NCBI GenBank assembly: GCA_049423385.1
Contig: JBMSQQ010000058.1
Coordinates: 1 to 23,372, forward strand
DNA length: 23,372 bases
Reading direction: 5' to 3'
From: Silvanigrellaceae bacterium
GTDB lineage: Bacteria > Bdellovibrionota_B > Oligoflexia > Silvanigrellales > Silvanigrellaceae
The notes below the pieces were generated by a model. The model was not told the DNA's origin, did no database searches, and was given only the letters and a program-made list of their open reading frames with translations. Position numbers and translations under genes: made by a program. This document shows, one piece after another, positions 7,642 to 15,855 of the stretch (positions are counted from its first letter, which is position 1; every line of letters begins with the position of its first letter).

Positions 7642-9725
7642 CACGATCTCCGCATTTTCCGCTGGATCAACCGCCACAAATTCATTGCTGCAAGAGCCAT
7701 AAGCAATATGGCCGGTGTACTTCCCATCGCATATGAAAAACGCCCGCCAGCCCGTTCAACAAAGCCAACGGAGCCCACGATACAACCACCTGGCTGATTG
7801 GTTTGAAAATTGAAATTTGTCTTGCTTTGCTTTTTCGACTGAATGGCTCCATCCAGATCGAGAAAACCAGCTCCCAGCAGATTGTCGCAAAGCGAGGTGT
7901 CGGTGTAGCAAGCCCGATACAATCTCTCGTCGGTTCCCGGAACTCGATTGTAAGACGCATTGTAAAGACTCTCGGAATCTGCACCACTCTTGAGTGACTC
8001 AATAATTTGCGCGGCACTCTTCGCGTTTCCATTGAACGACAGCAAATAGCCAATTGCACCTGCGACCAATGGCGTTGCCTGGCTTGTGCCACTCTTGTCG
8101 ATAAACAGTCCGCCACCGTCGGAAGTCTTTCCTGGCGAGGTCGACACAATGTCCGTTCCAGGTGCACAGATATCGACCCAATCACCAAAATTGCTGAAGG
8201 GTGCGCGGCCGTATGCACCTTGGGCATAATCTTCACTCGTGGCACACACTGCAACAACGCTGTCGTAGGCCGCAGGATAACTTGGGGTCTCAGTTCCATC
8301 GTTTCCTGCAGCAGCGACAACAACAATATTTTTCCGCTGCAGGTTTCGAATGATATAACTCATCGTCCTCGATGCGAAATATTTTCCGAGACTCAAGTTG
8401 ACCACGTTCACAAGCAATCGCGATGGATTGTCGGGAGAACGCAAGTTGTAAAGATAAGTCAATGCACGAATCTGTGACGTATCCGAAATTCCACCATCGA
8501 CCTCATAAGAGGCCAGCGGATCAAACTTCGTCACAGGGCGCACGCACTCTTCTGCATTGCTTGTGTCTGGCTGCACACAGCGATCCGCAACCCGGATGGA
8601 CAGAATTTTACAACTGGGACAAATTCCCATGGTGCTGAGGTCTCCACCATGCTTGGCCGCGACAATGCCGGCAACATGGCTTCCATGCCCACAATTGGCC
8701 GACAATTCATCGTTGGGGCGCAAGGATGGACAACGGTTTCCTGCGCCACCCAAGTCTGCATGCCCTGGCTTTGGATCAACTCCCGTATCGCGACCACATT
8801 CGAAAGTTGCATCAATTCCATGAACATCATCGACAAAACAATTGCCGTCGTTGTCGACTCCATCCACCTTTTCAGCAGGATTGACAAACATCTGCTCTTT
8901 GAGTTCGGGGTGGGATGAATCAACTCCAGTATCCAGTATGGCAACATTCACCGACGGAAGACTCTGCTTTGACTTCTCGACAAATGAGAAAGCGCTGTCC
9001 GCTCTTACCCTTTTCAAAACCGAAACGATCGATGTGTTGTATTTGAATTCAGGAGCCAGACCCAAACCCTCCGCCCCCGGACGACTCGACTTCTTGGGCT
9101 TTAGAAATCCAACGAGGTTCGGTTCAACCCAGTCCACAGACCAAGCCTGCGAGACAGTCTTCATCAGAACTGAAATGCCCGTGGAACGATGCAAATCCTG
9201 AATTGCAATACTGGCTGCATCAAGGCCAAATTCCGACAACCTGAGGTAGACGGCGCGAACATCCGAGACCTTCAGGAAGTAAAAGCCCAATTGAACGTGT
9301 CGTGAGCCTGCAACTTCCCGGCTGGATTCAGATCCTTCTTGAAGAGCGCTTTCTTCGTCCGGGCGCAGTGACTGACGCTCCAAAGACAACATGGCTGCAG
9401 ATTGGGCGACAACTTCAGTCAACCGGGAATCAGCGAAAAGCTGCTGACCACCCAGCCCGACAATCAGCGCCCTGGCAATCACATTTCTTGCAGATTCAAC
9501 CTTGATGTCGTGATCTGATTCCACAGACTCCGACATTCCAATGATCAAATGCTTTTTATCCCAATGACGCCACCATTCATCCACGTTGTCGTGGGTTGCA
9601 ATCTTAATCCTGCCTTTGGAAATCTTTGTCTTGATGTCCAGGCTTGAGTTTGTTCTGCCACAGCTGGGCAGAGACAATGCGAGGAGCAGGGTCATGAGGA
9701 AAAATATTTTGCATCTGAAAAACAT
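7641..9725 (-). CDS. S8 family (subtilase) serine peptidase, putative lipoprotein with C-terminal sorting/TM tail
   Basis: Triad motifs VAILDTG, HGSHVAG and GTSQATP, plus AAGN. Signal with LPSC lipobox; C-terminal GGC...TM...RKMRRS. Confidence 0.92.
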   Translation of the reverse strand: MFFRCKIFFLMTLLLALSLPSCGRTNSSLDIKTKISKGRIKIATHDNVDEWWRHWDKKHLIIGMSESVESDHDIKVESARNVIARALIVGLGGQQLFADSRLTEVVAQSAAMLSLERQSLRPDEESALQEGSESSREVAGSRHVQLGFYFLKVSDVRAVYLRLSEFGLDAASIAIQDLHRSTGISVLMKTVSQAWSVDWVEPNLVGFLKPKKSSRPGAEGLGLAPEFKYNTSIVSVLKRVRADSAFSFVEKSKQSLPSVNVAILDTGVDSSHPELKEQMFVNPAEKVDGVDNDGNCFVDDVHGIDATFECGRDTGVDPKPGHADLGGAGNRCPSLRPNDELSANCGHGSHVAGIVAAKHGGDLSTMGICPSCKILSIRVADRCVQPDTSNAEECVRPVTKFDPLASYEVDGGISDTSQIRALTYLYNLRSPDNPSRLLVNVVNLSLGKYFASRTMSYIIRNLQRKNIVVVAAAGNDGTETPSYPAAYDSVVAVCATSEDYAQGAYGRAPFSNFGDWVDICAPGTDIVSTSPGKTSDGGGLFIDKSGTSQATPLVAGAIGYLLSFNGNAKSAAQIIESLKSGADSESLYNASYNRVPGTDERLYRACYTDTSLCDNLLGAGFLDLDGAIQSKKQSKTNFNFQTNQPGGCIVGSVGFVERAGGRFSYAMGSTPAILLMALAAMNLWRLIQRKMRRS

Positions 9726-11195
9726 TCAGAGCCCCTGTTCCACGGATGGTGGATTTCCAGCCGACATCGCGGTTGCACCATGCGAATTCAGTCGCCCCGC
9801 CTGTTGCTCTCGCAACAACTGGGTGCGGAAGAGATCAATCTCGTGATAACAGCTTCTTCGTGCTTGACGGACGAAGGCAATATGGTCTTCGGTGGATTGG
9901 TCATCGGGAATGTGAGGCGTTTCTTCGCATCGGCGTGTTTCTTGCCAAAGATCCGCGATTGCCGATCGCGCGTGCTCCTTGTTTCCGTAGTCTTCATAAA
10001 AGGCACACTTGTAGAGAAGCCCGGAGAGTGCGTAAAATCCGAGGCCGCGAACGTATTCTGCAGATTTTCGACAAAACGAAGGGTCAGGCGCGACAGCTCT
10101 TTCTTCATCCATGAGCGCGCGCACCAGTGTTGGTTCCAGAGGTTGACGAGCAAGTGCAGCGTCCAGAGCCTGTTCCAGTAGAGCCTGTGTCGATTTGGAT
10201 GCGAACTCAGGACTGCCAAGCCCGCGCTGGTTCAATTTTTGTAGAATGGAAAACATCGTGGCGGAAACTTCATACCTGCCGGCAACATGTTGCGCGAGTG
10301 CTTGGTGAAGCATTGATTCCGGATTTGCAGGCGAACTCGCATCATCAAAAGAACTCCGATAGCTTGGCAACTCAATTTCCCCGTGGCCCTGCATCGTCGA
10401 TTGACTCGCCTCAAGAACTCCCAGTCCAAAGACACGGTCGGCAAATGCAACACGAGGAATTTTGAGCAGAGACAAAAGAACGAGTGCCGAAATGGTGCCA
10501 AGATAAAATCCTTCCCGCTGAAAGAACTTCAATTTCAGCGTCTGGGGATCGACCCGCCAGTATTTCACCATGCTCATCATCCGAACGTTCAATTTATGCT
10601 TCATGACAAGTCCAATTCCGATAAAGGCGCCGGCAATGGCTCCACCGAGGTGGGAAGCCCAATCGATATTAGGTATCAGGAAGGTGATGATGGCGTTGAT
10701 GACAATCACGGGACCCAACGATGTCCTCGTTTTGATTCCCGTTGTCTCGACAGTGATTTTCTGCTGGTATCTTTCAAGAACGTATAGCGCAAACAAGAGG
10801 GCAAAAAGGCTGCTGGAAGCTCCCACCGACAATGACCCACTGAATGAAAAGCTCACCGCATTTCCAAGCAGTCCCCCCAGGACATATGTGACAAAAAGAT
10901 TACGTGCACCCGTGAGAACCTCAAAAACTCGTCCAAACTGATAGAGCGCAAACATGTTGAACAGAATGTGGGCAGGACTTGCATGAAGAAACATTGGAAA
11001 GAAAAGACGCCCGATTTCTCCTTCTGCAATCAATCCGTTTTCTTTCGCACCATATTTCACAAGATTTTCGTAGGTCGGGCCACCTTGATATTGGATCATG
11101 ATGTAAATGAGCACGTTGATTGCGATAAGCACAAATGTCAAAAATGGAGGCTTTACGGTGATTCCGGCTTCAGTTGAGGTGGGTTCATTTGTCAT
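9726..11195 (-). CDS. Rhomboid family intramembrane serine protease with long C-terminal extension
   Basis: RLFFPMFLHASPAHILFNMFAL, SVGASS (catalytic Ser) and IDWASHLGG (catalytic His), with multiple TM segments. A further TM and about 240 aa of helical domain follow. Confidence 0.9.
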   Translation of the reverse strand: MTNEPTSTEAGITVKPPFLTFVLIAINVLIYIMIQYQGGPTYENLVKYGAKENGLIAEGEIGRLFFPMFLHASPAHILFNMFALYQFGRVFEVLTGARNLFVTYVLGGLLGNAVSFSFSGSLSVGASSSLFALLFALYVLERYQQKITVETTGIKTRTSLGPVIVINAIITFLIPNIDWASHLGGAIAGAFIGIGLVMKHKLNVRMMSMVKYWRVDPQTLKLKFFQREGFYLGTISALVLLSLLKIPRVAFADRVFGLGVLEASQSTMQGHGEIELPSYRSSFDDASSPANPESMLHQALAQHVAGRYEVSATMFSILQKLNQRGLGSPEFASKSTQALLEQALDAALARQPLEPTLVRALMDEERAVAPDPSFCRKSAEYVRGLGFYALSGLLYKCAFYEDYGNKEHARSAIADLWQETRRCEETPHIPDDQSTEDHIAFVRQARRSCYHEIDLFRTQLLREQQAGRLNSHGATAMSAGNPPSVEQGL

Positions 11196-12249
11196 GCATC
11201 AACCCCCAGGATTTCTTCGTAGCCTGAATGAATCCACAGAGTTCCTGCAGTTGCCCATCAAGCCGACTTTCCTTTATTTCGTTTTCAAGAGTTTGAATGA
11301 AATAATTCATCGTATTTTTACCACCGCGAACGCCCTGCAGACTCAGGGAATTGTGATTTCCCGATGTCGCCGAAACGGTTGCGTCCAAATTTTCAAGAAT
11401 GAAACGGCTCGTGACACCGTGGCGACTCCACAACAAACCAAATTGATCGGCCTGGATTTTTCGGAAATTTTCGCTTGTGATTTCGAGGATTCTTCCGTTT
11501 TTTTCGATTGTTGGTCCAATGATTGCAGCCAACATGAAATTTGTAAAAAATTTTGCGCGTTCGGTCTGCATGATTTGCGGATCCTCACGCCATTTCAGAA
11601 AACCAATGAAGGATTCCTTCACAGATGTACCGCTGCACTGTGTGTGACCGGCAACCTCGCTCAACCATGATGATTGACGAGCGCAGTTGTTTGCAGAGAC
11701 TTCAGACAATGAACCCCAATAAACCAGGTCGCCGCCGTTCCAGTCGACTTCACAACCAGTTTCCGCTTTTCTGCGCTCGGCCCCGACGAGAAAAATGGCC
11801 CGCAGGTAGGAGAAATCTGCACAATCAATGGATATCTTGTTCAAAATATTTGATGACAAGAGGCCGTTGTTGCAAAACACGAACTCAACCTTCCTTCGGC
11901 TTTGCAGTTGTCCGATGGCATCATGCCACTGTTCGAACACAGCTTCCGTGTTTTCAGGAGCAACACACAAAAACAACACCAACCTTGATGGCAACTCCAT
12001 TTGCAATCGATCGATACATTCTTCCGGTGTCCCCATGTCAACCGGAACGTCGAGTGTCTCTGTTTGTCCTGTGGAAGTGGAGCGGACTGTGACCGGCTGT
12101 GGCAATGATGAGCGCGACGCCACTCCGAGCTTCATTCGACCCTGGACAAATTGTTCCGTTTTCCGCAATGAATTGGCGAGCAACAGACCCAAGGCTCCGC
12201 CACCCACCACCAGGCAATATGTTTTCAGTTCGTCTGGCGGACTCATCAC
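11185..12249 (-). CDS. Ketopantoate reductase (PanE/ApbA)-like protein, divergent
   Basis: Rossmann VVGGGALG; FCNNGL (cf. LQNG), AKFFTN (cf. WxKLxxN) and TSGNHNSLSLQ (cf. NxSSMxQD). Start GTG 12249 or ATG 12246. Confidence 0.65.
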   Translation of the reverse strand: MMSPPDELKTYCLVVGGGALGLLLANSLRKTEQFVQGRMKLGVASRSSLPQPVTVRSTSTGQTETLDVPVDMGTPEECIDRLQMELPSRLVLFLCVAPENTEAVFEQWHDAIGQLQSRRKVEFVFCNNGLLSSNILNKISIDCADFSYLRAIFLVGAERRKAETGCEVDWNGGDLVYWGSLSEVSANNCARQSSWLSEVAGHTQCSGTSVKESFIGFLKWREDPQIMQTERAKFFTNFMLAAIIGPTIEKNGRILEITSENFRKIQADQFGLLWSRHGVTSRFILENLDATVSATSGNHNSLSLQGVRGGKNTMNYFIQTLENEIKESRLDGQLQELCGFIQATKKSWGLMHDK

Positions 12250-12337
12250 TTTGACAACCCGTTCCTAAAAAGACTCAAGCCCTTTCATAATCTACCGACA
12301 CCTTAAACAGGGTATCATAAGTTTAGAGGAGCCACTC

Positions 12338-13594
12338 ATGAAACCCTCAAAATCTCACGCCAATTTGTTGCTTGTCGGAGACGACCAGGAACGTGTCAGG
12401 CTGATGTCCGAAGCATTGAACCAGGTGATGCCGAGTGCAATCATTCACCGCTGCGGTTCATTGCGTCTTGGCTCGCCGGACGCGCCCGTTCATGGAATCA
12501 GTGGACTCATCCTCTGCTGGGAAAACAACCCCATGCAGGACTGGAAGAGCCTGCTCGAGCAGAAGTGCCCGACACACCGAAGTTCCGAAGGGATCATTTG
12601 TGATATTTCCAACCAATACGGGGAGCAAATGCTGCGCCGAACTGCGGTCTTGGCTAAAAGTCTTTCCCGTGAAGAAGTGACTTTTCTGGGAGAATTCGGT
12701 GTTGGCTGCGTTCAACCACTCTCTTCCACCAAAACCGAATGGCTCAACGAATGCCGCAAGTTTGCTCAGAAAATCGAGCGTCTGATTGCAACCGAGGACG
12801 ACGATGGCGGAAACCCGGCCGAACAGAGTGTCCGCCGATTTGAACGGGTTCTCGCCCAGTGGTCTCTGCGCAGTGATCAGGAAAAAATGGCGGCATCCGA
12901 TGATTTGCTGAGAACCCTTGGCGACACCGCTCGCTACTGCGAGCTCATGGCCCGACGGGCACAATTGGACAACGACCTGAAAGCTGCAGAGCAATGGCTG
13001 CGTCGTGCCATTGAGAAAAACCCAAACTACCTGCGCGCCCTCCAGCGGCTGGCAGACCACTTTGTTGAACGCGGCCAGTTGCGCGAAGCCTTGGCACTCT
13101 ATGAAAAACTTCGTCTCAACAATCCCCGACACCCAGGCAGACTCGCGAAAATTGCAGAGTGTCACCTGGCCCTGGGGGAACTCGAAAGAGCCGACAAGGC
13201 ATTTTCCAAGGCGCTCAGTCTCGACGAGCACTCCATGCAAGCCAGGGAAGACCTGGCGAGGGTGAAACTGGCCATGGGTGACTATGAAGCCGCAAAGCTG
13301 CTCCTCGAGCATTGCGGAGATGTCTCCAGAGTCGCATCTTACTTGAATGCTTATGGAATTCAGCTCGTGAGGGCGGGGCGATACGAAGAATCGATCGAAC
13401 ATTACAAAAAAGCCCAAATGGTTTTGCCTACAAACACAAATCGTCATCAAATTCTCTTTAATATTGGGCTAGCTTATGCCAAGTGGGGAAAGCTCAGCGA
13501 GGCTCGGCAGTATGCCCAGCTGGCCCTCGCCCGGGAACCCAATTACGAAAAGGCGGCCCAACTGCTCCGAACAGTGGAGGACAGGCTGCCTTAG
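12338..13594 (+). CDS. TPR repeat protein with degenerate receiver-like N-terminus
   Basis: N-terminal LLLVGDDQERVRLMSEAL and many TPR motifs (AEQWLRRAIEKNPNYLRAL; LFNIGLAYAKWGKLSEARQYAQLALAREPNY). GAGGAG RBS. Confidence 0.8.
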   Translation: MKPSKSHANLLLVGDDQERVRLMSEALNQVMPSAIIHRCGSLRLGSPDAPVHGISGLILCWENNPMQDWKSLLEQKCPTHRSSEGIICDISNQYGEQMLRRTAVLAKSLSREEVTFLGEFGVGCVQPLSSTKTEWLNECRKFAQKIERLIATEDDDGGNPAEQSVRRFERVLAQWSLRSDQEKMAASDDLLRTLGDTARYCELMARRAQLDNDLKAAEQWLRRAIEKNPNYLRALQRLADHFVERGQLREALALYEKLRLNNPRHPGRLAKIAECHLALGELERADKAFSKALSLDEHSMQAREDLARVKLAMGDYEAAKLLLEHCGDVSRVASYLNAYGIQLVRAGRYEESIEHYKKAQMVLPTNTNRHQILFNIGLAYAKWGKLSEARQYAQLALAREPNYEKAAQLLRTVEDRLP

Positions 13595-13604
13595 AAAGGT
13601 GTCC

Positions 13605-14552
13605 ATGTCCCACCCGATTTGCTACGAGCTGCGCATCCACATTGATGACAATCACAAAGACTCGCTGGTGGATATCCTCCATGAATTCGACGAAAACAAT
13701 TTCGTCGAAGGTGCGCTCGATTGCGATGTTGAATTCGAATACGACTATGAACACTTGACCCGCGACTACTACGGCGAACTCGTGCGCCAGGTTCCAGTTA
13801 TTCTTTACAGTGAAGATTTGTCGCATCTTGAAAATTTGCGGACAAATCTGCTCACTGAAATGAACTCCCGAAACATTCCCATTTCAGAGAAGCAGATTGT
13901 GCTGCAACCCATTGCCGATCAGAACTGGCGGGAATCCTGGAAAGCATCATTCAAGCCAATCGATATCGCCAGCAAATTCGCAATTTTGCCACCTTGGGAG
14001 AATCCTTCCGACTTTGCCCAGCCGCACAAGATCATCATCGATCCGGGAATGGCTTTTGGCACTGGTCAACATGAAACAACAAAGCTGTGCCTCGAACTTT
14101 TGCTTGAGCAAAAATCTGTTCCACAAAAGGTATTCGACGTTGGAACGGGATCCGGAATCCTGGCAATTGCAGCTTCGATGCTGGGAAGCAAAATCATCAT
14201 CGGCAACGACATTGATGAAAACAGTGTGCACATCGCCCAGGTCAACGCACGCGACAACAAGATCGAAAATACAAGTTTCGTTTCCACCGCGATCGAGGAT
14301 ATCGAGGATCGGGATTTCGACCTGATGTTCGCAAACATCCAGTTGCGACCACTGACCAAAATTTTTGGCGATATCGTTGGACACACACGCCCGGGTGGAA
14401 CAATCATTGTTTCTGGAATACTCAACACCGAAATTGACGATTTCCGCGAACTGGTGGTTCGTAGCGGAGCAATTGTCAAAAAGGTGGTGAGCCTGGGACA
14501 TTGGTCGGGGATAGTCTGTGAACGGCCACAAGGCGGCGGCAAACAAATGTGA
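13605..14552 (+). CDS. prmA: Ribosomal protein L11 methyltransferase
   Basis: DQNWRESWK...FKPI, IDPGMAFGTGQHETT, VFDVGTGSGILAIAA, ANI and SGIL. ATG 13605 with AAAGGT RBS. Confidence 0.95.
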   Translation: MSHPICYELRIHIDDNHKDSLVDILHEFDENNFVEGALDCDVEFEYDYEHLTRDYYGELVRQVPVILYSEDLSHLENLRTNLLTEMNSRNIPISEKQIVLQPIADQNWRESWKASFKPIDIASKFAILPPWENPSDFAQPHKIIIDPGMAFGTGQHETTKLCLELLLEQKSVPQKVFDVGTGSGILAIAASMLGSKIIIGNDIDENSVHIAQVNARDNKIENTSFVSTAIEDIEDRDFDLMFANIQLRPLTKIFGDIVGHTRPGGTIIVSGILNTEIDDFRELVVRSGAIVKKVVSLGHWSGIVCERPQGGGKQM

Positions 14553-15738
14553 CGTATTGATTGTGGGCGCAGGGCCACTGGGTTGGACCTGCTCACAACT
14601 GCTCGCAAAAAGAAATATTCGCACAATCGTGATTGATCCCCGGATCGAAAACACGGATCCCACATGGCTTCGTCGTGGCCTTGGAGTTTTTTGGCCGAGC
14701 CTCAACGACCCTCCCACGCGGGCCATCGTGGCACACGGTGAAGCCATGGCGCTTTGGCTTCAAAATCATTGTCGGCAAGGACTGGAGCAGGCGATCAATC
14801 TTCTTCCGGGCAGCCATCTTCAACCGGCGTGGTGTTGGAGAATCGGAATTCTCCCTCATGAAATTGAAGAACTCAATCGTGCTTGCGAAATGAATATCGG
14901 CATCAAAAAATCAGGTTTCGCCGAGAATTTTTATTTGGAAAATTGCGATTCATTTATTTGGCGCTGGCAAAACAACTCGGTGAAAATTCCAACAGAAAAA
15001 AAGCTTTCGACGGGCAAAAAAGCAACTGTTGTGTCCATTTCGGAATCAATGAATGGGTGCGCGACAACGCTCGATACGGGTGAGATTTTGGCATCTGAAA
15101 TGGTGATTTTTGCAAACGGATACCAGATTTCAGGAATTGAACCGTGGCTTGCCGAGATGCTTGTCCCGATGAGTGATATTGAAACTTTTTGGCAAACAGG
15201 AATTGCCTGTTCCGAAAATGAAAAGCCCGTCACATTCAGGACGGCAAGTGGTCACGTGGCAGCCGCCTTGTTGCCCGAAAAAAACAAAGACGGACGTTGG
15301 ATGTGGACGATTCGCCTTTCAGGACCAAGATTTTTGCTGCCAAGAACCGGAGTTGGAATCGATTTGACTGGAAAACCAGTGGACGATGCACTCACCGGAA
15401 AAATCAGGGACTGGCTCAAAACACAATTGCTCCCCACACTGACTGAACGGTTGAATTTCAAGTCGGCGCATTCCATTGAACTCGAACTCAAGAATGCGCG
15501 TTTTGGAGTGGACTGCTTACCCTGCGACGAGCTTCCAATCCTGGGCGAGTTGGGTCAATCGGGTCGAATTCTTGCATCCACAGGCTGGCTCGGCTGTGGA
15601 TGGAGCGCATCAATTCAATCTGCAATCGTTCTTGCTGAAATTATCGAAACCGGGAAATCGACGAAGCTCGCACCGCTGCTGCGACCCAGAAGATGGAGAA
15701 GCGGATTGAATGAGGATGGCGTCACCGGCATGACTTGA
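14518..15738 (+). CDS. FAD-dependent oxidoreductase (DAO/glycine-oxidase-like family)
   Basis: DVLIVGAGPLG dinucleotide-binding motif, VIFANG, PCDELPILG (cf. TPDxLPxIG) and STGWLGCG (cf. xTGxxGxG). GTG start overlaps the end of prmA. Confidence 0.75.
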   Translation: MNGHKAAANKCDVLIVGAGPLGWTCSQLLAKRNIRTIVIDPRIENTDPTWLRRGLGVFWPSLNDPPTRAIVAHGEAMALWLQNHCRQGLEQAINLLPGSHLQPAWCWRIGILPHEIEELNRACEMNIGIKKSGFAENFYLENCDSFIWRWQNNSVKIPTEKKLSTGKKATVVSISESMNGCATTLDTGEILASEMVIFANGYQISGIEPWLAEMLVPMSDIETFWQTGIACSENEKPVTFRTASGHVAAALLPEKNKDGRWMWTIRLSGPRFLLPRTGVGIDLTGKPVDDALTGKIRDWLKTQLLPTLTERLNFKSAHSIELELKNARFGVDCLPCDELPILGELGQSGRILASTGWLGCGWSASIQSAIVLAEIIETGKSTKLAPLLRPRRWRSGLNEDGVTGMT

Positions 15739-15793
15739 ACATGCGACCTGTTGTTTAGGAAACAACCGCTCTATCCAGCTGAGCTACGGCGAC
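15717..15793 (-). tRNA. tRNA-Arg(CCT)
   Basis: Minus strand folds as a full cloverleaf: GTCGCCG TA GCTC AGCTGGATA GAGC G GTTGT TTCCTAA ACAAC AGGTC GCATG TTCAAGT CATGC CGGTGAC G CCA. Anticodon CCT; A20 and G73 are consistent with Arg identity; CCA is encoded. Confidence 0.96.
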
Positions 15794-15803
15794 GCGCAGC
15801 TCC

Positions 15804-15833
15804 TGTTTAGCTCAAAAGTCGACGCAGATGCAA
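15804..15833 (-). promoter_or_regulatory. Possible tRNA promoter
   Basis: TTGCAT-18 bp-TAAACA followed by a GC-rich stretch (GGAGCTGCGC) immediately before the tRNA 5' end. Confidence 0.3.
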
Positions 15834-15855
15834 CGGGCACAACAAACCAATAAAT

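Noticed and set aside
12251..12320. TTGACA, CATAAT and TATCAT hexamers in the divergent intergenic region
   Set aside because: None pair with a 16-18 bp spacing, so no promoter was called.
12458..13450. 330-aa minus-strand ORF
   Set aside because: It is antisense to the TPR gene and has shadow-ORF composition.
13947..14747. 266-aa and 199-aa minus-strand ORFs
   Set aside because: They are antisense to prmA and the oxidoreductase.
14518..15738. Calling the oxidoreductase mnmC (VIFANGYQIS recalls MnmC; it neighbours prmA and a tRNA)
   Set aside because: There is no methyltransferase domain, and the N-terminal region fits generic DAO/PuuB-like proteins equally well. It cannot be assigned without an HMM search.
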